64,000 nucleotides of DNA from Promethearchaeota archaeon (GCA_016839555.1 JAEOUA010000012.1:192001-256000); one strand, 5' to 3'. Shown: positions 52,439-63,513, numbered from the stretch's first letter. Numbers and translations: made by a program. Notes: generated by a model not told the origin, from the sequence alone.

Positions 52439-52963
52439 ATGATTGTTATGTTTGAAAAGTGGCTACAAGCTCTCGGAAAATTGGATTACGTCCAAGGAAA
52501 AGACCGTCCCAAAGTTGATTGTATTCTATGTGCAGTAAAGAATGAAGATAAACAAGTTACTTCTATAAAAGTTTATCAAGATGATTTAATATTTATTTGT
52601 TTGAATATTTATCCTTACAATCCGGGTCATTGTATGGTAGTTCCCAATCGACATGTGCTTAGATTCATTGAATTGACGAGAAAGGAAGTCAAAAGAATCT
52701 TTAGAGCCATACAAGGATTACAAATGTTATTTGATGATTTATATTCCCCGAAGGGATACAATATTGGATTCAATGAAGGTGTGGCCGGGGCGAGTATCCC
52801 TCATATACATTGTCACATCGTCCCAAGATACGGATCTGAATTAGGGTTTATAGATATTTTTGCAAAGACAAGAGTTGTCCCAGAAGGACTAGAATCAGTC
52901 AAGAAGAAGTTAGATGAGAATATTGATAAATATCTGAATAAAGATTTTTTTGAAAGTTTTTAA
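52439..52963 (+). CDS. HIT-family hydrolase
   Basis: CILC, NIYPYNPGH, HIHCHIVPR. Confidence 0.93.
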   Translation: MIVMFEKWLQALGKLDYVQGKDRPKVDCILCAVKNEDKQVTSIKVYQDDLIFICLNIYPYNPGHCMVVPNRHVLRFIELTRKEVKRIFRAIQGLQMLFDDLYSPKGYNIGFNEGVAGASIPHIHCHIVPRYGSELGFIDIFAKTRVVPEGLESVKKKLDENIDKYLNKDFFESF

Positions 52964-53042
52964 AATAGTAATTCAGATCATGAATAAAGAATGAACTTCA
53001 ATAAATTAATAAAAATAAAAAAATATAAGGATTAAAAACAAC

Positions 53043-53255
53043 TTAATACCAAATTCTGCTCGCGTTTCTAATATCTGCTTGAGTTACTCTTTTACGTTTG
53101 TCCGCCTTACATACACTAAGGGCTTTATCTGTCGTTTCAGCCGCTACGTTCTCTAAAAATTCAATTAATCGGTCTAATGCATCAGCGGCTACTAAATCTG
53201 CTCCTCGTTGTTTCATCAGCCTTCTAATCGGGGCTTTTGCAATATAACCAGCCAT
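53043..53255 (-). CDS. Archaeal histone
   Basis: APIRRLMK..GA..V..DA...A...KRKRVTQADI histone fold; ATG 53255 preceded by GGAGGA. Confidence 0.9.
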   Translation of the reverse strand: MAGYIAKAPIRRLMKQRGADLVAADALDRLIEFLENVAAETTDKALSVCKADKRKRVTQADIRNASRIWY

Positions 53256-53900
53256 AATATTTTTCTCCTCCACTAAATTTTTAAATTTTTTTATTTAATT
53301 TTTAGTTTATAATTAATTTCTTAATAATAAATTGAATTTTCTTATATATAAATCTTATGGTTGGAATTAATATTTTTATGAATCTAAATAGATTTTTTTG
53401 ATGATTGAAAAATAAATTTAATTTTTTATCATCCGACAAAATTTTTAATTCAAAATAATTTTTTAAAATCCTTTTAATGTAGTATGATAATATTTTGGGT
53501 GAAATTATAAATAAGAGACTTTATTTTAAATATTTTTACTAAATATTATTTGCTTATGAATAAACTTATTAAACTTTTGATTATTCTGGAAATCTTATAA
53601 TAAATCTCATGTTGAGGTAAAAATAAACAATTTTTTATATTGTTATTAGAGATAATTTGCCCAAACATAAATGAGTTAGATGAACAATCAAAATTGAACT
53701 CAAAATAGGTATTTTTCAAGTTTTCTAAGGATTATATGCATAGTTTATTTAGCCAGCAATAAATCTAGTTTTTATAACAATTAAGAATTAATAAAAAAAA
53801 ATCTTAAAATAATGTGCTATAAAGAATACTGCAAAAAATTTAAAAAAGAAATCAATCATAAAATAAGTATATAGTTAAATTTAGGTGACGGATTTTCGAT

Positions 53901-54761
53901 CTGATAATTGATAAACAATATGAAAAACTTCTTGATGAGTCAGAAATAGAAAAAATTTTACGAAACTTAGGGTTTACAAAAAATGATTCAAAAGTATTTC
54001 TAACTCTTGCCAAATATAAAGTCTTATCACCAGCAGACATCGCTCGAGCGAGTGATGTTGACCGAGCAAGAGTCTATGACTCACTTAAACGTTTAATGGA
54101 AAAAGGATTCATAAGAAAAGAACCTGTAAAAAGAGGAGCGAATTATAAAATTATCTCTATTAAACGAATATTTAAATCCATACGCGACGATTATAAAGAA
54201 AAAATTGAAGAAACTGTTTTATTAGAAAAATCTATACGAGAATTGGAAGTGAAACAAGAAGAACCAGAATCGCGAGTATGGGCAATAAATTCAAAACAAA
54301 AGATTAGAAATAAAATTAAACAACTTATTAATGAAGCAGAAGAAAGATTATATTTTATCATAACCCCAGATTTATTAATGGAAGAGTTAGGCGGTTTTGA
54401 GTGGATTTTAAAAGAAATTTGGAATAAAAAATTTTCCTCGGAAAAGATAGATATTATACTCGCATTGAAATATTTTGAATCATTAAAAGAGGAAATCAAA
54501 AAATTATTGAATATTAATGTGAAAATTCATGCAATTGAAGGAGAAAATGTAATTCCATTTGGATTGTTGATTGCTGATAATGATTTCTTACTCACTACCT
54601 TAGATCAAGTAAGAGAAGCTCCTGAATATACTTCTGGAATTTGGCTTGAAGATGGATTTGAACGACAAATTTTAGGCTATGAACATCTTTTTAAACATTT
54701 TCTTACCTCGGAATGTAAGGAAATTAAACTCACAACCAGAAAAAATGCTACTCAGAACTGA
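53901..54761 (+). CDS. TrmB-family transcriptional regulator (start codon uncertain)
   Basis: Frame is open upstream of ATG 54096 and encodes the HTH: LRNLGFTKNDSKVFLTL...SPADIARASDVDRARVYDSLKRLMEKG. Confidence 0.85.
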   Translation: MIIDKQYEKLLDESEIEKILRNLGFTKNDSKVFLTLAKYKVLSPADIARASDVDRARVYDSLKRLMEKGFIRKEPVKRGANYKIISIKRIFKSIRDDYKEKIEETVLLEKSIRELEVKQEEPESRVWAINSKQKIRNKIKQLINEAEERLYFIITPDLLMEELGGFEWILKEIWNKKFSSEKIDIILALKYFESLKEEIKKLLNINVKIHAIEGENVIPFGLLIADNDFLLTTLDQVREAPEYTSGIWLEDGFERQILGYEHLFKHFLTSECKEIKLTTRKNATQN

Positions 54762-54836
54762 ATTTTAAATTAAATTTAAATACAAAAAATCAATATATAA
54801 ATCGTATCATCAAAAATCATATCTAGATAATGAATT

Positions 54837-55403
54837 ATGAGCTATCGAGGTAAAGTAATATTATTGGGTAATCCTTCAGTAGGAAAAACCTCTTTACTTA
54901 GTAGATATGTTGATAATACATTTCCTGATCAATATAATCCTACTATTGGAGCTAATTTTTTAATTAAAGAAGTAGATTTAAAAGGGATTATAAATAATTT
55001 AACGCAGTTGAATGATAATTTAAAACAACAAATAAAAGAGAAAGGGTTTAAAATTTATTTCTGGGACATCGGTGGTCAGCGGGACAAATTATTCGCTAAT
55101 GAATACTATTTTCAAGATGCTGTTGGAGCAATAATAGTTTTTGATGTAGTAGATAGAAACTCGTTTGAAACTCTAGAATTTTGGATATCAAAATTAAAAG
55201 AATTAAGTGGAAAAGATGTTCCCTTTATAATTGTAGGGAATAAAACTGATTTATCTAAAGACAGGAAGATTTCCGAGAAAGAAATTAAGGATAAAGCAAA
55301 TAAATATGAGGTTGAATATTTTGAAACTTCAGCAAAAATAAATGAAAACGTTATAAAAGCCTTTGAAGCATTATCTACTAAAATATTGAATAATTTAAAA
55401 TGA
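54837..55403 (+). CDS. Rab-like small GTPase
   Basis: GNPSVGKTS, YNPTIG, WDIGGQ, GNKTD, ETSAK; no C-terminal Cys. Confidence 0.93.
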   Translation: MSYRGKVILLGNPSVGKTSLLSRYVDNTFPDQYNPTIGANFLIKEVDLKGIINNLTQLNDNLKQQIKEKGFKIYFWDIGGQRDKLFANEYYFQDAVGAIIVFDVVDRNSFETLEFWISKLKELSGKDVPFIIVGNKTDLSKDRKISEKEIKDKANKYEVEYFETSAKINENVIKAFEALSTKILNNLK

Positions 55404-55476
55404 AGGAGAAATTTCTTATATAAAGTTAAATTCCTTCTACCAAATAAATTAGATATTCTATTTATTAAGTTAACAA

Positions 55477-56208
55477 ATGAGCAGTCTTTTAATTCCAATT
55501 AGTCCTTTAGCAAAAGCTAAGTCTCGGTTACGTGAAGTATTTACGGGAGGACAAATTGAGAATTTAATCATTTCAATGGTTAAAGATCTTGGAAATATTT
55601 TATCAACTATAGACTGCTTTAAAAATATTCTTGTATATTGTCATAATAATAAAATACTAGAGTTAGTTCAAAAATTCGGTTTAATTGGTATTAAAGAAAA
55701 AGTTATATCTCCACGCAAATCATTCGATAAAGTTATTAACGAGATAAATTCTATTGCTATAAATGATTATCACGCAAAACAAACTATCATTACCTTTTTA
55801 GATACCATATTAATTTCAGCAAAAAATTTTAAAGAGATAAATTCCTTGCTTCAAAAGAATCAGATAGTGATATGTCCTGCGTTCCATTCAGCAGGCATAT
55901 CTGTTTTAGGAAGGAATCCTCCCAATATTATTCCAACATTTTTTTCAGATACCAAAACACCTTCCCTAATTGCTCTAATTAATGAAGCGAAAAAGCGTGG
56001 CATATCAGAAATTAAGATTTATGACTCATTTAGAGCGGGTTTTGATATTGACACAAAAAAAGATTTAGTACTTGCTTTTGAATATATGAAAATCTTAAAT
56101 CTAACTAACACTAATATTTATAGATTTTTAATAAATAATTTGAATCTTAAATTAAAGAAATCTAATGATAATAACAGAGAATTTAGAATTAAAGAAAATT
56201 ATAAATAG
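55477..56208 (+). CDS. cofC: CofC-like guanylyltransferase (F420 biosynthesis)
   Basis: LIPI..LAKAKSRL and FDIDTKKDL motifs. Confidence 0.75.
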   Translation: MSSLLIPISPLAKAKSRLREVFTGGQIENLIISMVKDLGNILSTIDCFKNILVYCHNNKILELVQKFGLIGIKEKVISPRKSFDKVINEINSIAINDYHAKQTIITFLDTILISAKNFKEINSLLQKNQIVICPAFHSAGISVLGRNPPNIIPTFFSDTKTPSLIALINEAKKRGISEIKIYDSFRAGFDIDTKKDLVLAFEYMKILNLTNTNIYRFLINNLNLKLKKSNDNNREFRIKENYK

Positions 56209-56221
56209 TCGATTTTAAATT

Positions 56222-57457
56222 TTAGAAGGAAAATTTAATTGTTAATTTAATTTTTTCACCAATAAAGTTTTCTACAAGTTTTTGAAACTCATCTCTGTCT
56301 TTCTTAAGCCGAGCCAAATATTTCAGATAATCTCTATTTTTTCTTTCAATATCGCTTTCATTATGTTCTAATCTCTGAGTATACACTGAGATATCGTTTT
56401 TTACAGACTCCAGTTTTTCATCTAAACCTTTACTTTGAATTTTTTTCCTAATTTTTTCAATAGTGCTTCTTATTTCTTTATATTGTTCTAAATTTTCATA
56501 AATTTCCCGATCATCAAAAATTTTATTAATTTGGTCGATTGTCTTTTCTCTCTTGTCTGATTTCAAATTTAATTTATTTTGCTCAAGCACATGCCTGAGT
56601 TGAACTAATAAACCTCGAAATTTAGTTAGGTCCTTTCCTTCCTTTCGTAGTACACCTATTGGATTTTTTACAAAAGCTCTCACATAATTTTCATCTATAT
56701 TTGTTAAATGAATATTATCGCGCTCCACTTCTACTTTGAGTTTTTTTAATGCTTTTTTAAATGCTAATTCATTATTTATTTTTATTTTCAATTGAAATAG
56801 ATTTTCTCTATTTTGTTTAAGCTTTTGAAATAAACTATCCTTTTCTAACTTTAATAAAGTTTTTTTTAATTCTTCTAATTCTTCTTTTATTTCTTCCTGT
56901 TCTTTTTCAAACTGTTCTAAATTTTGTTTAGCATTTTCAATATTACTTCTAAGAGTATAAAATTTAGGGACTTTTTGGGACAAATCCTCCGCTTCTTTCA
57001 CATCATTATATTTTTTTAGTAAAAATTGTTCTAAAATGGATTGTTTTTTGCCAAGCTTTCTCGAAAGATAATTTAACTCCTTTATTTCTGATTGAACTTC
57101 GCTTTGAAATTTCGGGAGTGATTTTTTGGCTGCATCGTTAATACTAGTAAATAATTGCTTTACTGCTTTTAAAAGTTGATTAAGATCTTCATAACTTATA
57201 TGATCTTCAGGAATTTTAATCTCGTCAATTTCCTTTTTAATTTTATCACAAAAAAAATCTAAAGATTTCAGAGCTTTTTCATTAAGTCTATCCTTTACTT
57301 CTCGGAAGTGATTCATGCACGTTTTAATATCGAGCAAATTTTCCCTTATATCCTCAATTAACTTAAGCGCTACTTTCTTTTTTTTATTGAATATCTCATT
57401 TATCTTTTCTCTGTAAAAATCTTCGAAATCTTCAAGATTAATTTCAATTTCGGACAT
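56222..57457 (-). CDS. Coiled-coil hypothetical protein
   Basis: 411 aa, charged helical heptads. Confidence 0.75.
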   Translation of the reverse strand: MSEIEINLEDFEDFYREKINEIFNKKKKVALKLIEDIRENLLDIKTCMNHFREVKDRLNEKALKSLDFFCDKIKKEIDEIKIPEDHISYEDLNQLLKAVKQLFTSINDAAKKSLPKFQSEVQSEIKELNYLSRKLGKKQSILEQFLLKKYNDVKEAEDLSQKVPKFYTLRSNIENAKQNLEQFEKEQEEIKEELEELKKTLLKLEKDSLFQKLKQNRENLFQLKIKINNELAFKKALKKLKVEVERDNIHLTNIDENYVRAFVKNPIGVLRKEGKDLTKFRGLLVQLRHVLEQNKLNLKSDKREKTIDQINKIFDDREIYENLEQYKEIRSTIEKIRKKIQSKGLDEKLESVKNDISVYTQRLEHNESDIERKNRDYLKYLARLKKDRDEFQKLVENFIGEKIKLTIKFSF

Positions 57458-57583
57458 ATTATTGGATCAATTAAAATGTTTCTATTTCTAAATTTTTTTT
57501 AATTTTTCTTCTAATCAAGTAAGTTTAAATTAAACCGGTTTAATTAATATTTTGGATGTTCAAAAATTCATAAAACGTAAGCA

Positions 57584-57769
57584 TTATTCATGATTAATTC
57601 TGTTCTTAATAGTTGATCTTAAAAGCGCCGTTTTAATCTTTCTTTTATCAAAACCAACCGTCTCGATTATTCTAATAATTTTCATTCGTCTTGCCTTGCC
57701 TTTTAATCCTTCCTCACTCATGAATTCATTTGCGAACTCCTCAATGTCTTCTTTATCCTTATCACTCAT
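57584..57769 (-). CDS. Small hypothetical protein
   Basis: 61-aa ORF with protein-like composition in its own intergenic slot. Confidence 0.65.
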   Translation of the reverse strand: MSDKDKEDIEEFANEFMSEEGLKGKARRMKIIRIIETVGFDKRKIKTALLRSTIKNRINHE

Positions 57770-58093
57770 TTAAGTCTTTAAATGTTTATTTTAATAAAAA
57801 ATTTAAGGAGATTTCTTTTTTCTATTTTCATTTAATAATAAAACGATTAATCTAAAAGAATAATAATCATATTTTTTTAAGATCCTAATTTTAAAATCTT
57901 TTAAATCTATTCAAAGTAATGATTTATCTTGATCATGTAGTTTTCATTTTACAAAAATAATTATTATATTTTATAACAAAAAATAAATTATTATTTTAAT
58001 TTCCTAAAACAATGGAGATTTTGATTATAACATGTTTAATTTAACAATTAAAATATCAAATAAATAAAACAAAAAATAAAAAAGTTTGAAATT

Positions 58094-60094
58094 ATGTCTG
58101 ATAATCAGACCAAAGATGTTATTAGAGTAGGAGTATATATTTGTGAGTGAGGAGTGAATATAGGTGCTACTATAGATTGCGAAGCTGTGAAAGATTTTGC
58201 TGAAACTCAACCAGATGTATTTATAGCAAGAGTGAATAAATTTACATGTAGCGATCCTGGTCAAGCGATTATTAAAAATGATATCTTGGAATTACATTTA
58301 AATAGAATCGTAGTTGCTGCATGTACACCAAAGATTCATGAGTCTACTTATCGAGCAGTACTAACTGAAGCAGGATTAAGCCCATATTATTTTCAAATGG
58401 TAAATTTAAGAGAGCAATGTTCTTTTGTACATTCTAATAGGAAGGAGGAGGCAACAGAAAAAGCGAAGAATTTAGTTTTAGCGGGAATAAATCGTGCTCG
58501 AGAATTAGAATCAATTCCTAGAAAAGAGATACCCATAGAACATTCTGTTCTTATCGTAGGAGCAGGGATTGCTGGCATGAATGCTGCTTTAGATTTAGCG
58601 AACCAAGGTATTAATGTATATCTTGTTGAGAAAGAACCGACAATTGGAGGAAAAATGGCCCAGTTAGATAGAATTTTTCCAACAGATGATTGCGGTATAT
58701 GAGTATTGGCACCAATTATGGTGAATACCTCAAAACATCCGAATATTAATTTATTGACTTATAGTGAAGTAGTTGAATTTAGTGGGATTACTGGTAATTT
58801 TAATGTACGGATAAAGAAAAAACCTCGATATGTTGATGAAGAAAAATGTACTGGTTGTGGATTATGTACCACAAAATGTCCTATGAGTGTTCCTAGTGAA
58901 TTTGATCGAGGAATTGGAGAGCGCAGTGCAATATATATTCCATTTCCCCAAGCAGTTCCCAAGTTTGCGTTAATTGATAAGGAAATGTGCATTGAATGTA
59001 AAAATTGTGAGCGAACTTGTCCTGCAGAAGCGATTAATTTCGAGCAAGAAATAGAATATCTGGATGTTAAAGTTGGATCAGTGATTATTGCTACTGGCTG
59101 GGACGAATACCCCATCTGGAAAACAAATGAGTATAAATATGGCATTTATCCTGATGTGATAACCCAAATAGAACTAGAGAGAATGTTAAGCCCAATAGGC
59201 CCTACTGATGGACATATTTATAGAATATCAGATGGTAAAACACCAAATAAAATAGCAATGATTCAATGTGTGGGGTCAAGAACCTTAAGAGGGAATCGAT
59301 ATTGTTCTGCAGTGTGTTGCAATGTTGCCTTAAAAAATGCTCAGTTATTAAAACAAGAATATCCAGATATGGAAATAATAATATTTTATATTGATATCCG
59401 TAGCCCTGATAAAGGTAATGAAGAATATTACAGAAAGATTAGGGAATCTGATATTATTTTTATTAAAGGAAAACCAGGAGATATCAAATTAATTGATGAT
59501 GGAACTATGAGATTATTTTATGATAATAGCTTATTAGATGAAGTTACTCATTTAGATGTAGATTTATTAGTATTATCTACGGGAATTATTCCATCAAAAG
59601 GTACCACTGAAATGGTTAAAGTAATGGGTTTAGAAGAAGGTCCTGCTCAATTTTTATCGGAAATTCATGGGTGTTTAAAACCTCAAGAAACTAAAGATAT
59701 GGGAATATATATATGTGGGTGTGCTGCCGGACCAAAAAGTATTCCATATTCAGTTTCAACAGCTTTAGCTGCTGCGAGCAAGGCTTCAACACTTCTTTCA
59801 AAGGACACTATTTATCAGGAATTAATAATAGCCGAAGTTGATAAAAATCTATGTATGGGATGTCATCGGTGTGAAAAAAGTTGTTTTTATGATGCAATTA
59901 AAGTAGGAGAAGATGATATAGCACTCGTTGATGAACTAAAATGTAAGGGTTGTGGAGTATGCGTTACGGTTTGTCCTGCTCGAGCAATAGATTTGAAATA
60001 TTACCGAGATCATCAATTTGAAGAGGAAATAAAAGGAATTGGTGCAACAGAGATTATTGAAATAAAAAATATGGAGCCTGAAATTAAAAAATAG
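58094..60094 (+). CDS. hdrA: Heterodisulfide reductase subunit A (HdrA) paralog 2, selenoprotein with 2 Sec, 666 aa
   Basis: One frame from ATG 58094 to TAG 60094; TGA at 58148 (ICEUG) and 58700 (DCGIUVL); GAGIAG FAD motif. Confidence 0.93.
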
Positions 60095-60115
60095 TTGAAC
60101 TAATGGTGATAAAAT

Positions 60116-60535
60116 ATGTCAATAAAAAATAATAGAAGAAACATAATAGCATTTGGTTGTGACAAATGAGGGTATTCCGTGGCTGATTTGACAGGTACTA
60201 CAAGAAAAACGTATACAACAGATTTCCGTATGATTAGAGTTAGATGTACTGGGAGGATTGGTATTCATTTAATAATGAACTGCTTTCTAAACGGTGCTGA
60301 TGGAGTTGCAATTATCTCTTGAAAGAAAGGAGAATGCGATTATGGGAATGGGAACTTAATAGCTAATGAACACGTCAAAATTCTAAAGAAAATATTTAAT
60401 CATCTGGGAATCTCAGAAGACAGAGTTCAGCAATATTTTTGTTCTGCTGCTGAAGTAGAAAATTTTTTAAATTCTATAGAAGATATTTCAAAAAAAATTC
60501 ATTCACTCCCTCCATTACCAAAAAAACCGAAATGA
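60116..60535 (+). CDS. mvhD: MvhD/VhuD paralog 2, selenoprotein with 2 Sec, 139 aa (absent from the ORF track)
   Basis: MSIKNNRRNIIAFGCDKUGYSVAD...RVRCTGRI...GADGVAIISUKKGECDY...CSAAE; TGA at 60167 and 60320; ends at TGA 60533. Confidence 0.9.
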
Positions 60536-60592
60536 ATGACTCTTTCGAAAAAATATTAGTCGAAAGATGACTTACCTTGCAAAGGTATTCGG
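60527..60592 (+). promoter_or_regulatory. Eukaryote-like SECIS element 2
   Basis: AUGAC, 8-bp stem UCUUUCGA/UCGAAAGA, 11-nt A-rich loop, UGAC; compensatory changes relative to SECIS 1. Confidence 0.88.
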
Positions 60593-60647
60593 AAAAAAAC
60601 AATTTTTTGAAATATTTAAGATAAAATTAATAGCATGACAAAGAAAT

Positions 60648-62147
60648 ATGAATAAAAAAGTAGATATCTCTTGGAATTATCTTGAGAATGTTACAGAGGC
60701 TCTAGACTCTTATAAAATCCGAGCATTTATCGATGCTAAGGATGAAATTATTGATTGTGGGGTTTATAATGAATATCAATTTTTTGAAATTCTTTTTAAA
60801 ATGATTGATGAGGAAAAATTAAAATTTGAGTTATATAATTATTTAAAAAATAATCAAGATAATGGATTTTCAATTATTAAACAATTTTCTGAAGAAAAGA
60901 AAATTAAAATAAAAAAAGTATTAAGTTTACTTGAATTGTTAGAGATTGAAGGCTTAATTTTCTTAGAAGATATTAATAAATCCAATCAAAATGAAGATAT
61001 AAATGAAATTTTTACCAAAAATTTTGAAGATATTCTAATTAAAGTGAAAAAATCTTCTCTAAAAGAGTTAAAAACTATATATGAACCAGTAAAAGTAATT
61101 TTCAACTCAAATATTTGTGCTGGATGTGGAATTTGTGCTGGGATCTGTCCAATGGATTGTATCAATATCCAAAATGGTTATGGTGAAATAGATGAAAATA
61201 AATGTATCAGATGTGGGTTATGTTATTTTGTTTGCCCAAGATCATTTCTTCCAGCTGAAATTTTAAATATTTATCAAAACAAAACATCTAATATCAAAAA
61301 TAATAAAAATCTTGGACCATATTTAGAAGCATATGTCGCAAGGACAAAAGTTAAAGAAATAAAAGCAGCTTGCCAAGATGGGGGGGTTTCAAGTACTTGT
61401 ATCCTTTATTTATTAAATACCAATGAAATTGATGCGGCTTTAGGAGCAAAAATTGGACAAAATCCATGGTGTCCAGAACCCACAATAATCAAAAATAAAG
61501 ATGATATAATCAATTCTGCTGGAACAAAATATGTTAATAATCCAAATTTAAAATTATTAAATAAGTTCAATCTTGAAGATAAGAAAATTGCGGTAATTGG
61601 AGTACCATGTATGATGCAAGCTTTATTGAAATCTAAAATTTACAATATTAATATTCCTTCCATAAATTCTGTTAAATACCGTATAGGAATATTTTGTATG
61701 GAATCTTTTTCTTATGAACAAGGATTTTTAAAAATATGTGAGAAACTAAATGTAGATTTAAGAGATATAAAAAAAACGAATATAGATAAAGGTAAATTTT
61801 TAATTCATACAAATAATGATGATATATTAAGCATTCCAATTAAAGAAATAAATCATTTAGCCAGAGAAGATTGTGAAGTTTGTTTTGATCTTACTTCTGA
61901 ATCTGCTGATATTTCTATAGGTTCGATCGGTGCACCCTTAGGCTGGAATTCTGTATTAATAAGAACACAAAAAGGAAAAGAATTATTTGAAGCTCTGATA
62001 AACAATGATTTAATTGAATCGAAACCAATAGAAGAGGTTAAACCTGGCTTAGAACTGCTTAAAAAAACCGCCATTGGAAAGAAAAAGAATAGTTATAAAC
62101 ATATTATTAAGAAATTGGAGCAAAATAAAAAAGTACCAATATATTAA
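60648..62147 (+). CDS. Coenzyme F420 hydrogenase/dehydrogenase beta subunit (FrhB-like) with ferredoxin domain and N-terminal extension
   Basis: CAGCGICAGICP, CIRCGLCYFVCP, QDGGV, AGTKY, GVPC, GIFCMESF, ADISIGSIG. Confidence 0.9.
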   Translation: MNKKVDISWNYLENVTEALDSYKIRAFIDAKDEIIDCGVYNEYQFFEILFKMIDEEKLKFELYNYLKNNQDNGFSIIKQFSEEKKIKIKKVLSLLELLEIEGLIFLEDINKSNQNEDINEIFTKNFEDILIKVKKSSLKELKTIYEPVKVIFNSNICAGCGICAGICPMDCINIQNGYGEIDENKCIRCGLCYFVCPRSFLPAEILNIYQNKTSNIKNNKNLGPYLEAYVARTKVKEIKAACQDGGVSSTCILYLLNTNEIDAALGAKIGQNPWCPEPTIIKNKDDIINSAGTKYVNNPNLKLLNKFNLEDKKIAVIGVPCMMQALLKSKIYNINIPSINSVKYRIGIFCMESFSYEQGFLKICEKLNVDLRDIKKTNIDKGKFLIHTNNDDILSIPIKEINHLAREDCEVCFDLTSESADISIGSIGAPLGWNSVLIRTQKGKELFEALINNDLIESKPIEEVKPGLELLKKTAIGKKKNSYKHIIKKLEQNKKVPIY

Positions 62148-62227
62148 AATTAGTTTCCAGAAATTTTCTTTTTTCTATTTAATGGCTAATTTGAATTAAA
62201 TAACAAGTTTTATAGATCTTTTAAATA

Positions 62228-63340
62228 TTACTTATTAATGAGGATTTCCTTTTTTTTGTATTTATTTTCTATAGATACTGTTAAATATAATGCTAATTGA
62301 GAAATTTGATGTTTTAAAGAAAATTTTTTGCCATATTTCTTATACATAAATCTTAGAAAAAAATAAAAAACCGCAATAAGCACAAAATAGCTAATAAAAT
62401 ATTTGAATATGAAAAACTCATGACCAACAACACCTATAAGATAAGAAAAAGTCACGCTATGAAGAACAAAAATAGTGAGAGAATAATAAGAAAAATAGAA
62501 AAAGAATTTATATTCCTTTTTAAAATTAAAAATTTCTAATTTCTCAACAATAAATAGTATATTAAAAACAAGGAATTGTAGACCAGATGAATAAATTAAC
62601 CAACAGATTGAATTTCCTTCAAATACACAAGAAGGTGAATAGAGAAAAATAATGGTTATCAAGGAAGACCCTATTATTAAAAAGGGAATAGTTACAGTTT
62701 TAATAAATTTTTTATTAGAGACTTTAGTTTTTTCATTTAAGACTTTTGAATAAATAAGATCTCCCATAAGAGTGCCAAAAATAAAAAATGGAAAATATCC
62801 CAAAATTGGGGAAAAAAGAAAACCATTATAAAAAATATAATAAATAATGCCATTTTTATCCAAAATTTCTAATAGAAATTGAAATAAAAATAAAAAAATA
62901 AGTGCGACAATAATTTTTGTTATTTTTTTTGCATTTAATAAAGGCCATATTAATATCATAGATATTGAAAGTGTTTGGAAGATATTCCATATCCACAAAT
63001 ACTCTAAAGATCCCCAAGTAATCGTTATTAATAAATTATATTGAAGAAATCCTAATGTGAATAGTAAAATTGCCCTCAAAAAATGCATTAGACGATATTT
63101 TTTATAATCTTTATTTTTTTTACCCTGCATCTTATTCATACTATTATGAAAAGATAAGCATAGGCTCAATCCTGATATAAACACAAATCCTTCTGCCCCA
63201 ATCCCGTCAATTAATTTTACAATTGAATCAAAAATAAGATTAGAACCAAATTTTCGACCCCATATTGACATGTGTAAAAAAATCATAAAAGCAATATCAA
63301 ATCCTCTAAAAATATCAATGCTTACGAATCTTTTCTTCAT
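62228..63340 (-). CDS. DUF1624/HGSNAT-like membrane acyltransferase
   Basis: RFVSIDIFRG..IAFMIFLH, FVFISGLS; multiple TMs. Confidence 0.8.
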   Translation of the reverse strand: MKKRFVSIDIFRGFDIAFMIFLHMSIWGRKFGSNLIFDSIVKLIDGIGAEGFVFISGLSLCLSFHNSMNKMQGKKNKDYKKYRLMHFLRAILLFTLGFLQYNLLITITWGSLEYLWIWNIFQTLSISMILIWPLLNAKKITKIIVALIFLFLFQFLLEILDKNGIIYYIFYNGFLFSPILGYFPFFIFGTLMGDLIYSKVLNEKTKVSNKKFIKTVTIPFLIIGSSLITIIFLYSPSCVFEGNSICWLIYSSGLQFLVFNILFIVEKLEIFNFKKEYKFFFYFSYYSLTIFVLHSVTFSYLIGVVGHEFFIFKYFISYFVLIAVFYFFLRFMYKKYGKKFSLKHQISQLALYLTVSIENKYKKKEILINK

Positions 63341-63513
63341 ATTAGAGAATAGTTATTTTAATTCTTGAATAAATCCTTTATTTTTAAAAACTTTTATTTT
63401 TTTTAAATTATGTGCTTTTCATAGGCTCCTATTGATAGATAGGGAAATAAAAAAATTAATATTTTATATTGAATTTGTAGAAATATATTATTCATATAAA
63501 AGTAAACATAAAT

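Noticed and set aside
53882-53910. Second BHB intron at the TrmB 5' end
   Set aside because: A hairpin exists, but the would-be central helix UAGG/AUAA does not pair.
344-62074. Numerous short antisense or overlapping ORFs in the track (e.g. 1311-1679, 13700-14083, 19378-19773, 48105-48506, 58759-59145)
   Set aside because: They are shadows of well-supported genes on the other strand or frame and have no recognisable motifs.
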